From Candidatus Brocadia sp. (GTDB lineage Bacteria > Planctomycetota > Brocadiia > Brocadiales > Brocadiaceae), in the NCBI GenBank assembly GCA_021650915.1, contig CP091279.1, positions 1,740,001 through 1,772,000 on the forward strand: 32,000 nucleotides of DNA, in the 5' to 3' direction. The position numbers and the translations under genes were made by a program. Below, piece by piece: positions 26,067 through 32,000 of this stretch (the stretch's first letter is position 1; each line of letters starts with the position of its first letter). The notes under the pieces were generated by a model that had not been told where the DNA came from, made no database searches, and saw only the letters and a program-made list of their open reading frames with translations.

Positions 26067-28472
26067 ATGACTTATGTTATTTTCCTTATCATTGTTTCTC
26101 TCCTGACAGGATTTTTGCTTACCTATGTCCTGGCATCGGGGTACTCCCTCTTTGAAAGAGTTGCTTACGGAGCAGCGATAGGGTTAGGACTTCACACCTG
26201 GCTTGTGTACCTCTTTTCCCTCCTTTGGAAACTTCAGTTCAGATGTATTTATCTTTCAACCGGCTTACTGATTGTTTTCTGTTCACTCTTTCTCTGGGTC
26301 AAATGGCCGTCACTGACAGAAAAGATCCTGAGTGAAATCCGGGAGATAAAAGACGATTTTCTTTCCCATAAGGCGTCTTATTGTGCGCATCTTGCAGTAT
26401 TTTCTTTCTTTACCGTCCTGTTCTGGCGTCTCTTTTCCAGAACAATCCTTGTCAAAGAAGACGGCCTGTATGTTGGTCTCACCAATAATTTTGGCGACCT
26501 CCCCCTCCACATGGCCTACATCACCTCTTTTGTTTGGGGAAATAATATTCCCCCGCAGGATCCTTCCTTTGCGGGCGAAAGGCTGGTTTACCCCTTTCTC
26601 TCCGACTTCCTCTCTGCTCTCTTTCTCAAGTTGGGTTTATCGTTCAGCGACATCCTCTTCATTCCTGGCTTATTGCTCACGGTTTCCCTGTATGGCATCC
26701 TCTATTATTTTACCTATCGTTTGACGAAAAGAAGGCTCGCTGCACTTATATCGCCCTTTCTTTTCTTTTTCTCCGGGGGGTGTGGTTTCTACTACTTCTT
26801 TCATGACCTTGCATGTACATCTCAAACGCCCTGGTCATTTCTCATGCATCTGCCCCGCGACTACACGAAAATTCCGTCACTGAATTACCACTGGATCACT
26901 CCCTTGACCTGCCTCAATGTGCCGCAACGGGCTTTTCTTTTCGGATTTCCGGTCACCCTGATAATCTTTTCTCTCCTTTACACTGGTATCAGGAATAAGC
27001 AATGGAGGGAATTCCTCTTTGCCGGCATCCTTACCGGGGCATTACCTTTCCTTCACTCACACAGTTTTCTGGCTGTACTGATGGTCGCGATACCGTGGGG
27101 TCTCATCTTTTGGGATTGGCAAAGGTGGTTGCTGTTCTTTCTGCCGGCCTTTATCCTGTCACTGCCACAGGCGCTTTATCTATCCGGACACGTGGGGGGT
27201 GGAAGTTTTTTTAAACCAGCATTTGGCTGGATGGCAGGGAACGAAAACCTTCTCTGGTTCTGGTTAAAAAATACCGGGCTTTTCTGGCCTTTAATAATAG
27301 CCGGATTCATAACGATCTTCATTTTTCATAAGGGCACGAAGCGCCGTGCCCCTATACATACCGGACTATATTCTTTGCCCTTTTTGATACTTTTCCTGGC
27401 GCCAAATCTGGTGCTCTTCGCACCCTGGGACTGGGACAATATCAAAATATTTATTTATTGGTTTTTAGGAACCACCCCAATGGCGGCATTTGCACTTGCT
27501 TGTTTATATAAAAATGACTGCTTCAAAATGCTCTCAAAAGCGGGCTTTTTTATCATCATGTTTTTTCTTGTCGCCGCAGGTGGTATCGACATCTTTAAAT
27601 ACGCCATAGCGCCCGTCACGGGATGGAAGGAATTTAGCGCTGAGGAAATGGAGCTTGCTAGGCAAATCTCCACAACAACCCCCCCTGACGCCGTATTTTT
27701 AAATGCACCCACGTTTAATCATCCGGTTTTTTTGTCCGGAAGAAAATCTCTGATGGGCTATCCTGCCCATATATGGAGTCATGGTTATGCTGGCGCTCAG
27801 CGGCGCGAACAGGACATCGAAAAGATGCTAAAGGGGAAGCCCAATGCCCGGTCATTGATCAATACCTATCATCCGTCTTATGCTGCAATTGGCCCACACG
27901 AAAGGCGCATGGGTGCAAACAAGGAATTTTTTGACACCAATTACCCGATCATTCTTACCACGAATAATTACACAATGTATGATCTTGCCGGACGGCGGGA
28001 AAAACCGCCGTCCCGCTCTGAGATAATGGGAGAGATGAATTTAACCGACCAAAAGCATGGACTACGAATACGGTATTATGATAGCATACACTGGAAAAAT
28101 AAACCCGTGGACGAGGGCATTGTTGAACACATCGGATTCAGCTGGGATAATGAAGAAAGGAAGCCGGTATCAAGTCCTTTTGGCGTTATCCTGGAAGGGT
28201 TCCTTGATATTCAGATTTCCGGCACATACACCTTTAAGATAACATCAGATGATGGTTCCTGGCTTTTTTTAGATAACGTCCTGATCATAGACAATGGCGG
28301 TCACCATGCAATGAAGTCTGCTACAGCCGCCCTTGCGTTGGAAAAAGGGCTGCACAAAATCATGATTCAGTATTTTGATGCAGGCGGGGGAGCCATTCTT
28401 AACCTTTCGTGGACACCTCCGGGAGGCGTAGAATCGGAGATACCGGCAGAACAATTGTATACAAAAGAGTAA
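26067..28472 (+). CDS. Polytopic membrane protein (GT-C-like, family not recognised) with C-terminal PA14 domain
   Basis: 801 aa with about 14 hydrophobic helices in aa 1-520 and an early loop NNFGDLPLHMAYITSF..YPFLSDF. A soluble region follows. PA14 lies at roughly aa 665-797 (GTYTFKITSDDGSWLFLDNVLIIDNGG...QYFDAGGGAILNLSWTPPGG). Confidence 0.7.
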   Translation: MTYVIFLIIVSLLTGFLLTYVLASGYSLFERVAYGAAIGLGLHTWLVYLFSLLWKLQFRCIYLSTGLLIVFCSLFLWVKWPSLTEKILSEIREIKDDFLSHKASYCAHLAVFSFFTVLFWRLFSRTILVKEDGLYVGLTNNFGDLPLHMAYITSFVWGNNIPPQDPSFAGERLVYPFLSDFLSALFLKLGLSFSDILFIPGLLLTVSLYGILYYFTYRLTKRRLAALISPFLFFFSGGCGFYYFFHDLACTSQTPWSFLMHLPRDYTKIPSLNYHWITPLTCLNVPQRAFLFGFPVTLIIFSLLYTGIRNKQWREFLFAGILTGALPFLHSHSFLAVLMVAIPWGLIFWDWQRWLLFFLPAFILSLPQALYLSGHVGGGSFFKPAFGWMAGNENLLWFWLKNTGLFWPLIIAGFITIFIFHKGTKRRAPIHTGLYSLPFLILFLAPNLVLFAPWDWDNIKIFIYWFLGTTPMAAFALACLYKNDCFKMLSKAGFFIIMFFLVAAGGIDIFKYAIAPVTGWKEFSAEEMELARQISTTTPPDAVFLNAPTFNHPVFLSGRKSLMGYPAHIWSHGYAGAQRREQDIEKMLKGKPNARSLINTYHPSYAAIGPHERRMGANKEFFDTNYPIILTTNNYTMYDLAGRREKPPSRSEIMGEMNLTDQKHGLRIRYYDSIHWKNKPVDEGIVEHIGFSWDNEERKPVSSPFGVILEGFLDIQISGTYTFKITSDDGSWLFLDNVLIIDNGGHHAMKSATAALALEKGLHKIMIQYFDAGGGAILNLSWTPPGGVESEIPAEQLYTKE

Positions 28473-28651
28473 AGCCAAAGGGCGAGAAAGGGATTGTCAA
28501 TAGCATAACGTACGAAATCCATAACCAAGACACCCTTACCAGAGGTAAATCAAGGTGGTTGTAAATAAACTTACGAAAACAGATCCTCGTGAAACTTGTC
28601 CTCGCAAAAACAGGAAATGGGGAAAGGGTGTCGTTACGAGGCAGTAAGATG

Positions 28652-28676
28652 AAAGTGTGCCATGACACACTTTTTT
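28652..28676 (+). terminator. Weak candidate intrinsic terminator
   Basis: aaaGTGTG ccatga CACACttt followed by ttt. The core stem is short (5 bp) with A:T extension and a T6 run, about 180 nt after the 801-aa gene stop. Confidence 0.35.
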
Positions 28677-28895
28677 ATCGTATTTAAGCAAAGCTATTTC
28701 TTTTTTTATTTGCTCCTATTTGATCATAAGTGGTGACTATGCAGAGCATTGTAAAATAATTCACAAAAATATTTTTACTCAGCAATATCATGGCTTTTAT
28801 TTTGCGAACATTAATAAAATAGTAATTCCCAACCCGAACGAGTCGGAAAAGAAATACGGATAGGGGTAGGAAAGGCTTTCGCCTCTCCTCCCTCC

Positions 28896-28928
28896 GAACC
28901 GTACAGGCGGGTCTCCCGCATACGGCTC
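28896..28928 (-). ncRNA. Group II intron domain V (catalytic hairpin)
   Basis: The minus strand reads GAGCCGUAUGCGGGAGACCCGCCUGUACGGUUC. This is the conserved ~34-nt domain V pattern, with the AGC triad and a 2-nt bulge. Confidence 0.85.
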
Positions 28929-28933
28929 TCCAG

Positions 28934-29518
28934 TCAGTGGTTACCCCTTCGGGGTTGACAGGCTAATGCATGGGCTGCGGTTAATGTGAACAACCCAAGA
29001 TTAGCAAAGTACGCATTTGGCCATCTCTGATGGTCTGCACCTCGGCCTCTTCCTTTCCCTCCCCGACGCTTTCTCAGGATGCTCCTCAGTCTCATTCGTA
29101 TCCAACGGTCTATTCTTGGAAATGTCGTTTTGTGGCTGTATTTAAAGTATTCATACCAGCCTCTGAGACTTTGGTTGAGTTCTCCTGTTATACATTTCAT
29201 GCTCTCTCCTGATGTTCGTCTTGTCTTGTGGCGGATAGTCTCTTTGAACTTATTCATACTCTTTTTTGCGTGGCCATCTCATCTCTCGTTCAAAGTGATA
29301 CCCCAGAAAGTCAAATCCTCCCTCTTGGGTTGCATCTACTATTTTGGTCTTCTCTGGATGCAGTGTCAGCCCTCTTGCTTCGAGCATTCCTTTCATTTCT
29401 TCCAATGCCCTCTTTGCTTCTTCTTCATTTCTGCACAGAATAACGCTATCATCTGCATACCTGACCATCTCATGCCCCAGCCTTGCCATTTCGTGGTCTA
29501 TCTTACTTAGTGTCTGAA
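28934..29518 (-). pseudogene. Group II intron RT/maturase, C-terminal part (RT motif with YADD, then X/maturase domain), frameshifted
   Basis: ORF 29250-29567 contains ...HEMVRYADDSVILC...FDFLGYHF..RWPRKK. ORF 28934-29257 contains MNKFKETIRHKTRR...LRGWYEYF...RWPNAYFANLGLFTL. The two frames overlap at a T6/A6 run (29262-29267). No HNH endonuclease domain is present. Confidence 0.85.
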
Positions 29519-31359
29519 CGAAAACGCACTTTTTGTAAAAGTGCGAGGTCGATTTTCTATTTACCAATAGATAATTTTAAGATTTGAGATTAGGGTTTTT
29601 GGCAAAAATACTGTTCTTTTACATATTTCCCTTGTTTTCCCCTTTATTTTAGCCTTGTCTGGGCGTACCTGCCTCCCGGCAGACTGTTTTTCTTCGTGTT
29701 TTTTGCTTGCTTAGGCGGCTTTTCGCAACTTTTCGCACTGCTTCCGTGCCTTCTCCTGCAGCACGTTTCCCAGCTTGTGCAAATTCGCAGCTAACACGCC
29801 CATTGCACAATATCTTTTAAAGGCATGCAGCCCTTTGTCCGGACACCTATCCAAGCCGTGATGCTCCAAACGATTGATATCCGATTCTACCGCCGAGTGC
29901 TTGTGCCTTAGCTTCTTAAATGTCTTACCCGATTCCTCTTCCTGTTCCGCCTTATTCTTCTTGCCCTTCTTGGGAAGGATTACCTCTGGTATATACAAAC
30001 TCAGCAACTCTTTATTCTCTTTCTTGTAAAAACCTTTATCAAAACTTATACTCTTTATTGTGCCTTCTCCGTAACGGCTCAACAACCTATCTGCCAATGG
30101 AATTACCAACGATACATCCGCCTGTTTTTCTCCTACCACATGGTCCACGATGAAACCCCACTGATCGCTTGCTACCAGAATATTATGTCCCAACTCTACC
30201 CTTTTGTTTGACTTGCCTTTGTACAGCCACTCCGTATGCGGCTCAAACAACGAATGAACCTTTTCTGCCGCCGGTATTACCTCATCCCGGATCACCCTTC
30301 TCTCCACCAGGTCTATCTGTTTATTCAACATCCCGTGAAAATACTCCAGTGTCCCTATTTTCCCTGCATGCTTGTCTACCTGGTTCGTCGTTAGCACCTT
30401 TTCGTAGATGGCTAACAGACTCGCTCCTATCTTTTCACTCAAACCCCTCGATAATTCCAAGTAACTCCTCACATGCTCTTCCTTGTTTTTCCCCCCGCTG
30501 CTTGACGCCTTTGCGCTTATCCTCATCAGCTTTTTTAACTCTCTCCTCCAATATTTGCTCTTGCGCCATCCTTTCCCCGCCAGGATGCCTTCCTCTATTG
30601 CATCCTCTATCATGTCCAGACTCTTGCGTCCCGCATCCCACAATAAATTCATATCGGTCGGAAAGTGTACATTCGTCTCTAACACATACGTATCCACCTT
30701 AATACACAGTCCTTCGTCCTTTTTTTTAACCAACTGATGCCCCGATGATATCACCACTTCATTTATCTGCCTGAGGGTCTCCTCATCCAACAATCTTATA
30801 TTGTCCTTGATGCTCTGCATCGAAAAAACCTTCGCCTCTCCAAATGCCGTCTCAACCCCCATTATCTGCCTGATAAGTTTGTGATGGTTGGCAAAATCCT
30901 CCAACCTGTCATAATCGGCATCTAACCCTAATCTTACCACCGACAACACCAAAATATGCCATAAATCCATCCCATATCTTCCCGTCTTTTTCTTCCCCTT
31001 CGTTACCTTCGCCTCTAATATCCGGAATACCTCCTCGTTCAACTCCGGTGTAACATAGATATGTTGCAACGCCCTCAGTATCGGTGGTAGCTCATCTCGA
31101 CTCTTTATTGGCAGTTTTACCCCTGAAATGGGTATGATGCCAAGCTTCAATTGCTGCTCAAATCTCTTTCTCATCTTCTATCGAATGTCCTTTGGCTAGT
31201 GGGTTAATGAACCGAATATTTGGACTCTTTATACCCAGAATCCCTTCATTTTCGCCATATTTTACCCTTTTACCCGAAAAAATTCAATGACTTTCATGAA
31301 CATTTTTCACCAGCTTCTCCTTACTTTACAGGGCTCTGGGGGGTTTCCGTTCAAACACT
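29519..31359 (-). mobile_element. IS element (1841 bp), single DDE transposase, inserted inside the intron RT gene
   Basis: The imperfect terminal IRs are AGTGTCTGAACGAAAACGCAC (left) and AGTGTTTGAACGGAAACCCCC (reverse complement of the right end), matching at 17 of 21 positions. The flanking direct repeat is ACTT (29515-29518 and 31360-31363). Removing the IS and one ACTT restores ...LANLYLSKIDHEMARLGHEMVRYADD. Confidence 0.8.
29711..31174 (-). CDS. DDE transposase (IS4/IS5-superfamily type; I recall similar N-termini annotated as ISNCY family)
   Basis: 487-aa intact ORF. Candidate DDE residues lie in IKVDTYVLETN, SISFDKGFY and HSAVESDINRLEHHGLDRC. The N-terminus MRKRFEQQLKLG...KSRDELPPIL...GRYGMDLWHILVL is typical of this transposase group. 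Confidence 0.8.
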   Translation of the reverse strand: MRKRFEQQLKLGIIPISGVKLPIKSRDELPPILRALQHIYVTPELNEEVFRILEAKVTKGKKKTGRYGMDLWHILVLSVVRLGLDADYDRLEDFANHHKLIRQIMGVETAFGEAKVFSMQSIKDNIRLLDEETLRQINEVVISSGHQLVKKKDEGLCIKVDTYVLETNVHFPTDMNLLWDAGRKSLDMIEDAIEEGILAGKGWRKSKYWRRELKKLMRISAKASSSGGKNKEEHVRSYLELSRGLSEKIGASLLAIYEKVLTTNQVDKHAGKIGTLEYFHGMLNKQIDLVERRVIRDEVIPAAEKVHSLFEPHTEWLYKGKSNKRVELGHNILVASDQWGFIVDHVVGEKQADVSLVIPLADRLLSRYGEGTIKSISFDKGFYKKENKELLSLYIPEVILPKKGKKNKAEQEEESGKTFKKLRHKHSAVESDINRLEHHGLDRCPDKGLHAFKRYCAMGVLAANLHKLGNVLQEKARKQCEKLRKAA

Positions 31360-31995
31360 ACTTAGATATAGGTTCGCCAATAATGGACTTATTACCGCCC
31401 CCTGTGGTGTCCCCTTCTCTGCTTCCCATTCTTTGAGTCCGTCCATTGTCCCCTGCTTCAGATACCCTTCTATCATCTCCAGTATCCTTCCGTCTGCTAT
31501 CTGTTCCTCCACCTCTTCCATCACCTTGTCATGGGGAATGCTGTCAAAGTAACTCTTGATGTCTGCATCTACTACCCATGGGTATCCATTCTTCAAGAGT
31601 TCTTCCACTCGCCTCAGCGCATCTTTACATCCTCGTCCTGGCCGAAAACCGTAACTCTGTTCTGCAAATGTATTCTCAAATATCGGCTCCATTACATTCC
31701 TCATCGCCGTTTGCACAATTCGGTCGGTGACCACGGGGATTCCTAATGGCCTCTTTTCCTTGCTTCCTATCTTCGGTATCCACACCCTCTTGACGGGTTT
31801 TGCCCTGTAACTCCCCGCTCTGAGTATCTTCTCTAATTCCACAAGATTCTTTTCCGCTTCCTTCTCATACGCCTCGATGCTCTGCCGGTCTACTCCCGCA
31901 GCCCCTTCATTGCTCCTCACCTTTTCCCATGACGCTCTCAGGTTCTCGCTTGAGTACACCTTGTCCACCAGACTAAACCATTTGCCTCCTTTCAC
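31360..31995 (-). pseudogene. Group II intron RT/maturase, N-terminal part (RT domains 0-4), truncated by the IS insertion
   Basis: MKGGKWFSLVDKVYSSENL..AGVDRQSIE...RPLGIPVVTDRIVQTA...YGFRPGRGCKDAL...DADIKSYFDSIPH...GTPQGAVISPLLANLYL. The frame then reads into the IS end and stops (SSV*). Confidence 0.85.
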
Positions 31996-32000
31996 TCCTT

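Larger units (their letters stand above)
28860..32000 (-). mobile_element. Group II intron, 3' part (5' end lies beyond the right window edge), inactivated
   Basis: The three RT/maturase ORF fragments are co-linear on the minus strand. Canonical domain V lies directly after the ORF stop. Domain VI has a bulged A at 28867, 7 nt from the predicted 3' end (...CCCCUAU, ending at 28860). Confidence 0.85.

Noticed and set aside
29079-31552. Plus-strand ORFs 29079-29510, 29920-30153, 30169-30702, 30483-30737 and 31220-31552
   Set aside because: They are antisense to the RT fragments and the transposase, and their Ser/Pro/Leu-rich composition is typical of antisense frames.

Overview
This looks like a bacterial chromosomal segment; no rRNA, tRNA or CRISPR array was found. 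I cannot place it taxonomically from the sequence alone. All calls come from reading the ORF track and the sequence by eye, and no database search was run.

Housekeeping genes are icd, leuA, a fused aroD-aroE and aroK. They are interleaved with a 1478-aa REC-PAS-GAF-GGDEF-EAL signalling protein and several envelope or glycan genes: a Wzy_C/TPR protein, a GT4, and a secreted choice-of-anchor-L/LamG protein. There is also a vapBC pair and two small uncharacterised genes.

The most interesting region is 20.5-28.5 kb. It holds a GtrB/ArnC-like GT2 with C-terminal TM helices, whose stop overlaps (ATGA) the start of a B12-binding class-B radical SAM enzyme. Next to these are two large polytopic membrane proteins, one of them ArnT/PMT-like, each fused to PA14 carbohydrate-binding domains in opposite domain orders. 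I read this as a candidate lipid-carrier-dependent extracytoplasmic glycosylation module of a composition I do not recognise as characterised.

The right end (28.86-32 kb) is a nested mobile-element wreck. A group II intron has recognisable domains V and VI. Its reverse transcriptase/maturase ORF is split by a 1841-bp IS element (imperfect terminal inverted repeats (TIRs), 4-bp target-site duplication (TSD)) and also carries a homopolymer frameshift.

The intergenic regions are unusually long and full of palindromic repeat families. These include three copies of a ~120-130-bp element built from GGTTCA hairpins, with one compensatory base-pair change between copies. There is also a 151-bp MITE with perfect 23-bp TIRs and an 8-bp TSD, and a ~100-nt element of three C5/G5 hairpins closed by an outer stem, directly upstream of one PA14 gene.
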